Positions 35,740 through 44,186 are shown, counted from the stretch's first letter. The stretch: DNA of 64,000 nt from Acidimicrobiales bacterium (GCA_035700105.1 DASSOZ010000008.1:3385-67384), one strand, 5' to 3'. The notes: generated from the letters alone by a model not told the origin. Translations and numbers: made by a program.

Positions 35740-36237
35740 CTATCGATACACCTTTCGCGTGAAGACGGCGTCAGCGGAGGTGACGCGGTCGAGGAACAGG
35801 AACCCGTCGAGGTGGTCGACCTCGTGCTGCACCGCCCGGGCCTCGAAGGCGTCCACCTCGAGGACGCGCTCGTCGCCCTCCGGCGTGAGGCCGCGCACGA
35901 CCAGCGTCGTCGCGCGCGCCACGTCGCCCGTGAGATCGGGGACGCTCATGCATCCCTCCCGGGCCGCGACCGGACCGTGGGCGAGCAGGATCTCGGGGTT
36001 GAGCAGGACGAACTCACCGTGACACGACCGCGCCTTGCGATGGCCGGTGACGTCGACGGCGAACGCTCGTACCGGCACCCCGATCTGGTTGGCAGCGAGC
36101 CCGACGCACGCGGGCGACGCCCGCATCGTGTCGAGGAGGTCGCGAGCGAGCTCCCGTGCCGCGGCGTCGATGCGCTCGACGGGCGCGCACGGCTGCTTGA
36201 GGATCGCCTCCGGCAGGCGGAGGACGGGGCGAATCAC
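35740..36237 (-). CDS. def: peptide deformylase
   Basis: GTG 36237: GLAANQIGV, EGCMSVP, QHEVDHLDG, the three deformylase motifs. Confidence 0.92.
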   Translation of the reverse strand: MIRPVLRLPEAILKQPCAPVERIDAAARELARDLLDTMRASPACVGLAANQIGVPVRAFAVDVTGHRKARSCHGEFVLLNPEILLAHGPVAAREGCMSVPDLTGDVARATTLVVRGLTPEGDERVLEVDAFEARAVQHEVDHLDGFLFLDRVTSADAVFTRKVYR

Positions 36238-36770
36238 AAGATGTCGGCCTCGGACGGGTGGAGGCTGCAGTCGACACCGAGGTCCCCCGCCAGGTCGCGC
36301 AGCTGCCGCGCGAGCTCCGCGGGGTCGACGCGGTCGGGGACGGTGACGTCGAGCACCATGGCGTACACCGGTCGGTCCTCGTCGCCGATGACCCGCGTCG
36401 TGAGGTCGACGACGTTGACCCCGACCGACGCGAGCGTCGCCGTCACTCGATGCACGATGCCGGGCTGATCGGCGCCGTACACGGACACCGTCCACGCGTC
36501 CCCGTCGGGGCTCGGCGGCACGGTGTCGTCGATCGCCCGCACGGACACGACGAGGTCGAACGCCGCCGCGGCGCCGGCGAGCGCGCGCTCGAGCTCCTCG
36601 GTGCTCACGTCGGCTGGCGCGGCGACGATCAGCATCATGGCGAAGTGCCCGCGCAGGATCGTCATCGACGTGTCCTCGAGGTTGCACCCGTGCTCCACGA
36701 ACGCACCGGTGACGGCAGCGACGATGCCGGGACGGTCGGCCCCGACCGCGGAGACGGCGTAGTGCGGCAC
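36234..36770 (-). CDS. tandem ACT-domain protein (GcvR-like)
   Basis: MPHYAVSAVGADRPGIVAAVTGAFVEHGCNLEDTSM and a second repeat VSVYGADQPGIVHRVTATLASVGVNVVDLTT. Confidence 0.8.
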   Translation of the reverse strand: MPHYAVSAVGADRPGIVAAVTGAFVEHGCNLEDTSMTILRGHFAMMLIVAAPADVSTEELERALAGAAAAFDLVVSVRAIDDTVPPSPDGDAWTVSVYGADQPGIVHRVTATLASVGVNVVDLTTRVIGDEDRPVYAMVLDVTVPDRVDPAELARQLRDLAGDLGVDCSLHPSEADIL

Positions 36771-36806
36771 GCCCGGCGACGCTACCGGCCGGGCGGCGCC
36801 CGACCG

Positions 36807-37151
36807 TCAGCCCCAGCCGAGCTCGTGCAGACGCTCGTCGTCGATGCCGAAGTGGTGGGCGACCTCGTGCACGACGGTGACCCGCACCTGGTCGACGACG
36901 TCGTCCTCGGTCGAGCACCGGGCGAGGATCGGCCGGCGGTAGATGGTGATGCGGTCGGGCATGACCATCCCGGCGTAGCCGGCGTCGCGACGCGTGAGCG
37001 GCACCCCCGTGTACAGCCCGAGGAGGTTCGGGTTGTGACCCTCCTCCACGAACACCGCGACGTTGTCCATGAGCGAACCCAGCTCCGCAGGGATCGAGTC
37101 GAGCGCATCGGCGACGAGCTCCTCGAAGCGCTCGCGGGGGACGTCGATCAC
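36807..37151 (-). CDS. Zincin_1/DUF1025 family metallopeptidase-like protein
   Basis: GTG 37151: VIDVPRERFEELVADALDSIP...VVHEVAHHFG (HExxH). Confidence 0.75.
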   Translation of the reverse strand: MIDVPRERFEELVADALDSIPAELGSLMDNVAVFVEEGHNPNLLGLYTGVPLTRRDAGYAGMVMPDRITIYRRPILARCSTEDDVVDQVRVTVVHEVAHHFGIDDERLHELGWG

Positions 37152-37747
37152 GACGCCAGGCCGACTCCGACCTCGTCCTCGTTCCCCGCGACGACCAACT
37201 GACGTAGGCGGCCGGCGGCGTCCGGCCACGAGGCCAGACGGCGGCAGCGAGACGGAAGGTGGGCGGCGTTCCACGGCCGCGAGAACAGGAACGACGCGCA
37301 CACCGACGCGAGCGACTCGGCCTCGTCGGGATGATCGTCGATCGCGGCGACGGCGCCGAGGGACGCGGCGACCTGCGCCTTGCCGAGCAACGGCGCGTGG
37401 CGCACGTCGTCGATCGGCAACCGCATCGCCGCGATCCACGACCGCGTCACCGGGGCGAGGTGCGGCGAACGGGCGGTGACGGCCACGGCCGTCCATCCCG
37501 CGTCGCACAGCGCGCCGAGCGCGTGCCGCGCACCGCTGCACACCGCCGCCGACTCGTACAGCGCCGGGTCGTCGAACGTCGCCGACAGGAACGGCTGGAG
37601 CTCCTCGCCGGGCACCGCGAGGTGCGACAGGTCGTACGTGTGCCACGTCGACGGGTGGGTGTCGAGCCCGAAGCGCGCGTGCAGGCGGGCGGCGACGCCC
37701 GGACCGAGGTCGCACACGACACCGTCGAGATCGAGGGCCAACAACAC
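37148..37747 (-). CDS. HAD-superfamily hydrolase, 5'(3')-deoxyribonucleotidase (NT5C)-like
   Basis: Tail of shadow ORF 37148..39631 from GTG 37747: (M)LLALDLDGVVCDL (DxDG)...AVTARS...IDDHPD. The NT5C assignment is tentative. Confidence 0.6.
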   Translation of the reverse strand: MLLALDLDGVVCDLGPGVAARLHARFGLDTHPSTWHTYDLSHLAVPGEELQPFLSATFDDPALYESAAVCSGARHALGALCDAGWTAVAVTARSPHLAPVTRSWIAAMRLPIDDVRHAPLLGKAQVAASLGAVAAIDDHPDEAESLASVCASFLFSRPWNAAHLPSRCRRLASWPDAAGRLRQLVVAGNEDEVGVGLAS

Positions 37748-37783
37748 GACGACGACGCTACCGAGCGGGTGTGACAGGAACGT
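37747..37783 (-). promoter_or_regulatory. promoter-like module TGTCACAC-N8-TAGCGT ending at the GTG of the HAD gene (leaderless geometry)
   Basis: The reverse strand reads ACGTTCCTGTCACACCCGCTCGGTAGCGTCGTCGTCG(TG). Inverted copy at 38104..38140. Confidence 0.55.
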
Positions 37784-38028
37784 CGGCGGCGCACCGGGCG
37801 CCGGGCTTCTACTCCCGGAACGGACCGCGATCAAGGTCTTGATTCGCCGCTCGGACAGGCGGAGGATCGAGCTACCTCGACGACTTGGAGCGCCAGGAGA
37901 CCGCCGGGAGCGAAGCGCCACGGGCGCCTCACCCGAAGCGATCGGCGGTCCGAGCCGTCGAGGTCCGAACCGGGAACGAGGCGACGGACGGCCGTGAGGC
38001 CGAGCCGGCGCCGGCCCGGTCGGGGGAC

Positions 38029-38075
38029 GAGCCCCGAGACGTCGGCGACGGCGCCTCGGGGCTCCTCCTTTTCTC
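38029..38075 (+). terminator. intrinsic-terminator-like hairpin with T-rich tail inside the intergenic spacer
   Basis: GAGCCCCGAG (16-nt loop) CTCGGGGCTC followed by CTCCTTTTCTC. Confidence 0.55.
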
Positions 38076-38103
38076 GGCGGGGGCGCGGCCGGGGCCGGGG
38101 TCC

Positions 38104-38140
38104 ACGTTCCTGTCACACCCCCTCTGTAGCGTCGTCGTCG
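38104..38140 (+). promoter_or_regulatory. promoter-like module TGTCACAC-N8-TAGCGT ending at the ATG of the helicase gene (leaderless geometry)
   Basis: ACGTTCCTGTCACACCCCCTCTGTAGCGTCGTCGTCG(ATG); 35/37 identical to the inverted copy. Confidence 0.55.
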
Positions 38141-40183
38141 ATGGACGAACACGCGTTCTTCGACGGGCTCGACCCGGCGCAGCGGGAGGCGGTGGCCACC
38201 GACGCCGCGCCCCTCTGCATCCTGGCCGGCGCCGGGTCGGGCAAGACACGCGTGCTCACCCGTCGCATCGCGCACCGGGTCGCCACCGGCAGCGCCGACC
38301 CGCGCCACGTCGTCGCGCTCACGTTCACGCGCAAGGCCGCCGGCGAGCTCACGTCGCGCCTCGCCGCGCTCGGCGTGCACCAGCGCGTCGCCGCCGGCAC
38401 GTTCCACTCCATCGCCTACGCGCAGCTCCGGCGGCGTTGGGCCGATCGCAACGAGCGCGAGCCCGCGCTGCTCGACCGCAAGGTCCGGCTGCTGGCACCG
38501 ATGCTGCCCGCGCGGCGCGACGTCTCGATCCAGCCGGCGGACGTCGCCACCGAGATCGAGTGGGCGAAGGCGCGCATGGTCGCACCGGACGGCTACGCGT
38601 CGGCGGTCGAGGCAACCGGGCGGCGCACGCCGCTCGCCGTCGACGTCGTCGCTGCCATCTACGCTCGCTACGAGGACGAGAAGCGCCGGCGTGGCCTCGT
38701 GGACTTCGACGACCTGCTCCTGCGCTGCGCGGTGGCGCTCGACGAGGACGCCGAGTTCGCCGCCGGGCAGCGCTGGCGGTTCCGGCACGTGTTCGTCGAC
38801 GAGTTCCAGGACGTCAACCCCGTCCAGTTCCGCCTGCTGCGGGGTTGGCTCGGCGACCGGCCCGATCTGTGTGTCGTCGGCGATCCCAACCAGGCGATCT
38901 ACTCGTGGAACGGCGCCGATGCCGGCTACCTCGTCGACTTCAGTCGCCACTTCCCGGGGGCGCGGGTCGTCGAGCTCGATCGCAACTACCGCTCGACGCC
39001 CCAGGTGCTCGCTGTCGGGCACACCGTGCTGGCGAGCACCCGGCCGCCGCAGGTCGCGCAGCAGCCCGACGGCGTCGTGCCGGAGATCCGCTCGTTCGCC
39101 AGCGACACCGACGAGGCACGCGGCATCGCCGCGGCGATCCGTTCCCGACGGGCGCCGGGCACGCCGTGGTCGCACTTCGCCGTCCTCGTCCGCACGAATG
39201 CGCAAGCGGTCCTCTTCGAGGAGGCGTTCCGCCGCGCCGGCATCCCCTACCGCGTGCGCGGCGGCGGCGCGTTCCTCGACCAACCCGAGGTGCGTGCTGC
39301 AGTGGCGACGTTGACGCGTGCCCCCGCACGGGTGCCGTTCGCGTCGGTGATCGACGACCTCGACGCGATGGTCCGCGACGCCGCCAACGCCGAACGTCGT
39401 GGCGAGCTCGAGGCGCTCGTGCGGTTGGCACGCGAGTACGCGGCCACCGATCCGAGCGCGGTCGTCGGCGGGTTCACGGCCTGGCTCGCGGCGACCGTTC
39501 GCAGCGACGAGCCCGACCGCGACGGCGGCCGCGACGGTGTCGACGTCGTCACGTTCCACCGCGCCAAGGGCCTCGAGTGGCCGGTCGTGTTCCTCGCCGG
39601 GCTCGAGCGCGGGTTCGTGCCGATCGGTCACGCCGAGGGATCAGCGGCATGGGCCGAGGAGCGGCGGCTGCTGTACGTGGCCATCACGCGGGCCGAGCGG
39701 GAGCTGCACTGCTCGTGGGCCGAGCGGCGGACCTTCGGGTCGCGCGTGATGCACCGCAACCGCTCACCGTGGCTGGACGACATCGAGGCGGCCGCGGCGG
39801 CGCTGGCGGCGGCCGGCACGGGGCGCGGGCCGGACTGGCGTCGCCACCTCGCCGAGAGCCGGGCCCGGCTCGCCGAGCTGTCGCCCGGGGCCGGCGGCGC
39901 GGCACGGCGGAGGTCGGGGCGCCACGCGGTCGCCGAGATCGGTCGGAACGCCGACCCTGCGCTGCTGAGCGCGTTGAAGACGTGGCGGGCGAACACGGCG
40001 CGCGCCGCGGGCGTGCCGGCGTTCATCGTCCTCCACGACACGACACTGGCGGCGATCGCCGAGCTCCGCCCGCGCACGCGCGACGCGCTGCTCGCCGTGC
40101 CCGGCATGGGTGCGGTGAAGGCCGACCGCTACGGGCAGGCGATGCTCGACCTCGTGGCCGGCGCCGGTGCGGCCACCGCATGA
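38141..40183 (+). CDS. UvrD/PcrA-family ATP-dependent DNA helicase with C-terminal HRDC domain (UvrD2-like)
   Basis: ORF 37994..40183 trimmed to ATG 38141: MDEHAFFDGLDPAQREAVATDAAPLCILAGAGSGKTRVLT, DEFQDVNP, VTFHRAKGLEW. HRDC: LKTWRANTARAAGVPAFIVLHDTTLAAIAE. The linker contains only one Cys, so no tetracysteine module is visible. Confidence 0.9.
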   Translation: MDEHAFFDGLDPAQREAVATDAAPLCILAGAGSGKTRVLTRRIAHRVATGSADPRHVVALTFTRKAAGELTSRLAALGVHQRVAAGTFHSIAYAQLRRRWADRNEREPALLDRKVRLLAPMLPARRDVSIQPADVATEIEWAKARMVAPDGYASAVEATGRRTPLAVDVVAAIYARYEDEKRRRGLVDFDDLLLRCAVALDEDAEFAAGQRWRFRHVFVDEFQDVNPVQFRLLRGWLGDRPDLCVVGDPNQAIYSWNGADAGYLVDFSRHFPGARVVELDRNYRSTPQVLAVGHTVLASTRPPQVAQQPDGVVPEIRSFASDTDEARGIAAAIRSRRAPGTPWSHFAVLVRTNAQAVLFEEAFRRAGIPYRVRGGGAFLDQPEVRAAVATLTRAPARVPFASVIDDLDAMVRDAANAERRGELEALVRLAREYAATDPSAVVGGFTAWLAATVRSDEPDRDGGRDGVDVVTFHRAKGLEWPVVFLAGLERGFVPIGHAEGSAAWAEERRLLYVAITRAERELHCSWAERRTFGSRVMHRNRSPWLDDIEAAAAALAAAGTGRGPDWRRHLAESRARLAELSPGAGGAARRRSGRHAVAEIGRNADPALLSALKTWRANTARAAGVPAFIVLHDTTLAAIAELRPRTRDALLAVPGMGAVKADRYGQAMLDLVAGAGAATA

Positions 40184-40213
40184 CATCGGTCCGAGAGGCG
40201 TAGAAAAGGGAGC

Positions 40214-40732
40214 GTGCACTTCGAGATCGAGCAGCGGTTCCGCGCGCCCCGCGACGCGGTCGAGGCGGCGTACGTCGACCCCGCGCTGTTCTCGGCGCTG
40301 GCGGCGTTGCCGAAGATCGGGCGACCGGAGCTGCTCGACCAGGCACGCGACGGCGATCGCGTGCGGCAGCGGGTGCGCTACCAGTTCACGGGCGAGGTGT
40401 CGGGCGCGGTGCGGCGCGTCGTCGACCCGGCGCGGCTGAGCTGGGTGGAGGAGACCGTGTTCGACGCGGCCGCGCACCGCAGCGATGTGCGCATCGTGCC
40501 CGACCACTACGGCGGGTTGCTCGAGAGCCGGATGACCATCACGTACGTGCCGGCCGACGAGGACGGCGGGACGCTCCGGCGCGCCGTCGGCGAGGTGCGG
40601 GTCCACATGCCGATCGTCGGCGGCAAGGTCGAGCGCGCCATCGTGTCGGGCATGCGCGAGCACGCACAGGTCGAGCAGGGCGCGGTGGAGCGCTGGTTCG
40701 ACGGACGGCCGTCGGGACCTTCGCCCGGTTGA
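40214..40732 (+). CDS. SRPBCC-fold / DUF2505-like protein
   Basis: 172 aa, MHFEIEQRFRAPRDAVEAAYVDPALF. TAGAAA box lies 7 nt upstream of the GTG. Confidence 0.65.
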   Translation: MHFEIEQRFRAPRDAVEAAYVDPALFSALAALPKIGRPELLDQARDGDRVRQRVRYQFTGEVSGAVRRVVDPARLSWVEETVFDAAAHRSDVRIVPDHYGGLLESRMTITYVPADEDGGTLRRAVGEVRVHMPIVGGKVERAIVSGMREHAQVEQGAVERWFDGRPSGPSPG

Positions 40733-40762
40733 CGACCGGCGCGTACGGCGCGAGAAGGGTTC

Positions 40763-41059
40763 ATGTCGACATTCGTCTGGCCGAGCGAGGACGGTTGGCC
40801 GTATCCCGATACGGCAGCCGAGTGGGTCGATCCGGAGACGGCCGCCGATGACGACGATCTGCTGAGCGTGCGGTTCGACGCGCGGCTGCTCGACGGGCTC
40901 GACCCGCTGGAGCGGCAGGTGTTGTCGGCGCGCTACGGCCTCGACGGCCACACCGTCCGCACCGTCGGCGAGCTGCACGACGACCTCGGCATGTCGACCG
41001 GCGACGTCGAGACGCTGCTGGCGTCGGGGCTGACGAAGCTCCGCACCCGCCTCGCCTGA
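40763..41059 (+). CDS. 98-aa protein with sigma-70 region-4-like HTH only
   Basis: LDPLERQVLSARYGLDGHTVRTVGELHDDLGMSTGDVETLLASGLTKLRTRL resembles sigma region 4.2. No region 2 is present. Confidence 0.55.
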   Translation: MSTFVWPSEDGWPYPDTAAEWVDPETAADDDDLLSVRFDARLLDGLDPLERQVLSARYGLDGHTVRTVGELHDDLGMSTGDVETLLASGLTKLRTRLA

Positions 41060-41076
41060 CGCCGGACGGGTCCCGG

Positions 41077-41853
41077 CTACACGTCGAAGTCGGCGAACAG
41101 CGGGGCGTGATCGGACGGGCTCTTGCCTTTGCGGGCGAACCGGTCGACGAGCGCGAACGTGGCCCGGTCGGCGAGCGGCGCGGTCGCCAGGAGCAGGTCG
41201 ATGCGCATGCCGCGGTGGTTGTGGAAGTCGCCGGCCCGGTAGTCCCACCACGTGAACAGGCGGTCGTCGTCGTACAGCCGCCGGAACACGTCGACGAACC
41301 CCCAGTCGACGAGACGCTGCACCGCGGCCCGCTCGGCCGGCGTCACGTGGGTCGAGTGCGTGAACTTCCGCGGGTCGTACAGGTCACGGTCCTCCGGGGC
41401 GACGTTGAAGTCGCCGCAGATGAGCGCAGGCGACGCCGGGTCGAGCGTCGACGCGACGTGAGACGCCACCCGGTCGAGCCACGCGAGCTTCGCGTCGTAG
41501 TGCTCGCTGCCGACCGACCGGCCGTTGGGCACGTAGACCGTCGTCACGCGCACGCCCGCGCACGTCGCCGACAGCAGGCGTGCCTCGACGGTCTCGTCCT
41601 CGGTCTGGTCGGAGAACCCGGCGACGACGTCGTCGAGACCGACGCGGCTCAGGATGGCGACGCCGTTCCACCGGCCCTCGCCGCAGTGCGCCGAGTCGTA
41701 GCCGAGCGTCTGGAACGCCATCGCCGGGAAGTCGGCGTCGGCCAGCTTCGTCTCCTGCAGGCACAGCACGTCGGGCTGGGCGTACTGCAACCACTCCTCC
41801 ACACGCGGCAGGCGCGCCTTGAGCGAGTTGACGTTCCAGGTCGCGACGCGCAT
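41077..41853 (-). CDS. xthA: exodeoxyribonuclease III
   Basis: ORF 41077..42069 trimmed to ATG 41853: MRVATWNVNSLKARLPRVEEWL..DVLCLQETK..GDFNVAP..SDHAPL. Confidence 0.95.
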   Translation of the reverse strand: MRVATWNVNSLKARLPRVEEWLQYAQPDVLCLQETKLADADFPAMAFQTLGYDSAHCGEGRWNGVAILSRVGLDDVVAGFSDQTEDETVEARLLSATCAGVRVTTVYVPNGRSVGSEHYDAKLAWLDRVASHVASTLDPASPALICGDFNVAPEDRDLYDPRKFTHSTHVTPAERAAVQRLVDWGFVDVFRRLYDDDRLFTWWDYRAGDFHNHRGMRIDLLLATAPLADRATFALVDRFARKGKSPSDHAPLFADFDV

Positions 41854-41875
41854 GGAGGGGGTTAGCGTACGAGCC

Positions 41876-43552
41876 ATGGCAGCGGACCTGGTCATCAAGG
41901 GGGGACGGGTCCTCGACGGCTCGGGCGCACCCGCGGTCGACGCCGATGTGGCCGTCACGGACGGCGTCATCACCGACGTCGGGCCCGGCCTCGACACCGG
42001 CGGCCCGGGCACGCGAACCCTGGATGCCAGCGGGCACGTGGTCGCGCCGGGCTTCATCGACATCCACACGCACTACGACGCGCAGGTGTTCTGGGACCCG
42101 GCGCTCACGCCGTCGTGCTGGCACGGCGTCACCACGGTGGTGAGCGGCAACTGCGGCTTCTCGCTGGCCCCGACGCGCCCCGAGCACCGCGACCTCATGG
42201 TGCGCACGCTCGAGCACGTCGAGGCGATGAGCCCCGAGGCGCTGCGGGCCGGCGTGCGCTGGGAGTTCGAGACGTTCGCCGAGTACCTCGACGCCGTCGG
42301 CCGGCAAGGGACCGCGCTCAACTACGGCGCGTTCGTCGGCCACACCCCGGTTCGGCTGTACGTCATGGGCGACGAGGGCTACGACCGCGAGGCGACCGAC
42401 GCCGAGATCGACGCGATGGCCCGTGTCGTCGTGGAGTCCGTCGAGGCCGGGGCGATGGGGTTCGCGAGCAGCTCGGCGCCGACGCACCAGGGCGCGGAGG
42501 GACGTCCCGTACCGTCGCGCCTGGCGACGATCGACGAGACGGCGACGTTGGCGCGGGCGATGGCGTCGACGGGCCGCGGCGTGCTCCAGATCCTCCCGGG
42601 CGAGCGGGTGCAGCTCGACGACGCGTACGCGATCCAGCGGACGCTCGGCGGCCGGCCGATGACGTGGACCGCGCTGCTGACGGGCTTCGGCGACTACCAC
42701 CTGAAGGCGGTCGAGAAGAACGCCGCGGCGCGCGCCGCCGGCCAGGAGGCGTACCCGCAGATGTCGGTCCGCCCGCTCGTGTTCCAGTTCGACATGCGGG
42801 AGCCGTTCAACCTCGACACCGTGCCGAACTTCGCCGAGCTGCACGGCCTCGGTCCCGACGTCCGCCGTGAGCGCTACGCCGACGCCTCGTGGCGCGCCGC
42901 CGCGCAGGACGCCCTCGACCACGGACGCATCCGGCCGCAGTGGCACAAGTACGAGATCGCCGAGAGCGACGCCCGACCCGACCTCGTCGGCCGGCGCGTC
43001 GGCGAGCTCGCCGACGAGTGGGGCGTGTCGCCCCTCGACGTGATGTGCGACGTCGCGCTCGCCGACGACCTGCGCACTCGCTTCCGCGGCATCCTCGCCA
43101 ACGACGACCCGGACGCCATCGCCGACCTCCTCACGCGCGACGAGCTCGTGCTGGGCCTGTCGGACGCGGGCGCGCACGGCGCGCAGCTGTGTGACGCGTG
43201 CTTCAGCACGGAACTGCTCGGGACGTTCGTGCGCGAGCGCGAGGCGATCCCGCTCGAGACCGCGGTGTGGAAGCTCACCGGTCAGCTCGCCGATGCGTTC
43301 CGCATCGGGCGACGGGGCTACCTGCGTCCGGGCATGGCCGCCGACGTCTGCGTCTTCGACCCGGCGACCGTGGCGCCCGGCCCGATCCGTCGCGTGCACG
43401 ACCTACCCGCGGGTGCCGACCGGCTGCTCGCCGACGCACCCTCCGGCATCGCGCACGTCGTCGTCAACGGCACGGTGATCCGCGAGAACGGGTCGCCGGT
43501 CGACGAGGGCGTCGCGGCGCGGCCGGGCGCGCTCCTCCGTTCCGCACCGTGA
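41876..43552 (+). CDS. N-acyl-D-amino-acid deacylase (D-aminoacylase) family amidohydrolase
   Basis: ATG 41876: MAADLVIKGGRVLDGSG..APGFIDIHTHYD..GVTTVVSGNCG..LSDAGAH. Confidence 0.85.
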   Translation: MAADLVIKGGRVLDGSGAPAVDADVAVTDGVITDVGPGLDTGGPGTRTLDASGHVVAPGFIDIHTHYDAQVFWDPALTPSCWHGVTTVVSGNCGFSLAPTRPEHRDLMVRTLEHVEAMSPEALRAGVRWEFETFAEYLDAVGRQGTALNYGAFVGHTPVRLYVMGDEGYDREATDAEIDAMARVVVESVEAGAMGFASSSAPTHQGAEGRPVPSRLATIDETATLARAMASTGRGVLQILPGERVQLDDAYAIQRTLGGRPMTWTALLTGFGDYHLKAVEKNAAARAAGQEAYPQMSVRPLVFQFDMREPFNLDTVPNFAELHGLGPDVRRERYADASWRAAAQDALDHGRIRPQWHKYEIAESDARPDLVGRRVGELADEWGVSPLDVMCDVALADDLRTRFRGILANDDPDAIADLLTRDELVLGLSDAGAHGAQLCDACFSTELLGTFVREREAIPLETAVWKLTGQLADAFRIGRRGYLRPGMAADVCVFDPATVAPGPIRRVHDLPAGADRLLADAPSGIAHVVVNGTVIRENGSPVDEGVAARPGALLRSAP

Positions 43553-44145
43553 AGGCGGTCGTCTGGAGCGACTACCTGTGCCCGTGGTGCTACCTCGGGC
43601 TCGACCGCACCGACCGCATGCTCGCGCTCGGCATCGAGTCCGTCACGACGCTCCCCTACGAACTGCACCCGAACATCCCGGCCGACGGCGTGACGATCTC
43701 GCCGCGGCGCTACGAATCCATGCGGCCGCTGTTCGACGAGGCCGAGCTGCCGTTCGTCGCCCCCGAGCGCATCCCGAACACGCACCGGGTGCTGGCGGCG
43801 GCCGAAGCGGTCCGGCGGCGGTGGCCGGATGCGTTCCCGGCGGTCGAGCGTGCGCTGTTCACCGCGCACTTCGCCGAGGGCCGGTACCTCGGTGACCCCG
43901 ACGTCGTGGACGACATCGTCTCGGCGTGCGGCGCCGACGCGTCGACCGTGCGCGCCGCCGTCGACGCGCGCGAGCTCGAGCCGGCGCTGCGCGAGGCGCG
44001 CCAGGCGGCGTATGACGCGTCGGTGACCGGGACGCCGGCGTGGCGATTCGACAACGGCTTCGTGCTCCCGGGTGCCCAGCCGCGCGAGACCGTCGACCGC
44101 ATCGTCGGCCGCCTGCTGGAGCGGGAGGCGACGGCGGACCTGTAG
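43549..44145 (+). CDS. DsbA/FrnE-family thiol oxidoreductase
   Basis: GTG 43549 (GTGA overlap): VKAVVWSDYLCPWCYLG (CPWC active site)...GTPAWRF. Confidence 0.85.
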   Translation: MKAVVWSDYLCPWCYLGLDRTDRMLALGIESVTTLPYELHPNIPADGVTISPRRYESMRPLFDEAELPFVAPERIPNTHRVLAAAEAVRRRWPDAFPAVERALFTAHFAEGRYLGDPDVVDDIVSACGADASTVRAAVDARELEPALREARQAAYDASVTGTPAWRFDNGFVLPGAQPRETVDRIVGRLLEREATADL

Positions 44146-44186
44146 AGGGTTGGACACCTGCGCGGTGTCGAAACCTCTACAGGTCC
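44136..44186. terminator. bidirectional hairpin between convergent genes; the dsbA-like stop codon lies in the left arm
   Basis: GGACCTGTAGAGG...GACACC TGCGC GGTGTC...CCTCTACAGGTCC. Confidence 0.6.

Noticed and set aside
37893-37905. CCAGGAGACCGCC inside the structured spacer resembles the B12 box of cobalamin riboswitches
   Set aside because: It is one nucleotide short of the consensus spacing. None of the other conserved cobalamin-riboswitch elements (GGGAA...GGTG.AATCC...GCCACTG) is present. The downstream genes (helicase, nucleotidase) are not B12-related.
37784-38103. The spacer could be RNase P RNA, tmRNA, SRP RNA or 6S RNA
   Set aside because: GAGGAAAGTCCGG (RNase P) is absent. So are the tmRNA 5' GGGGCTGA and the tRNA-like 3' end. 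No tag ORF exists (there is no ATG at all). I cannot confirm 6S/Ms1-like architecture by eye. The region is left as an unknown structured element.
37747-38140. Interpretation of the whole 394-bp unit as a MITE with 37-bp terminal inverted repeats
   Set aside because: Both repeat ends coincide to the nucleotide with start codons and carry a well-placed -10 hexamer. This fits duplicated promoters better than transposon ends, and no target-site duplication is visible. The MITE reading is not fully excluded.
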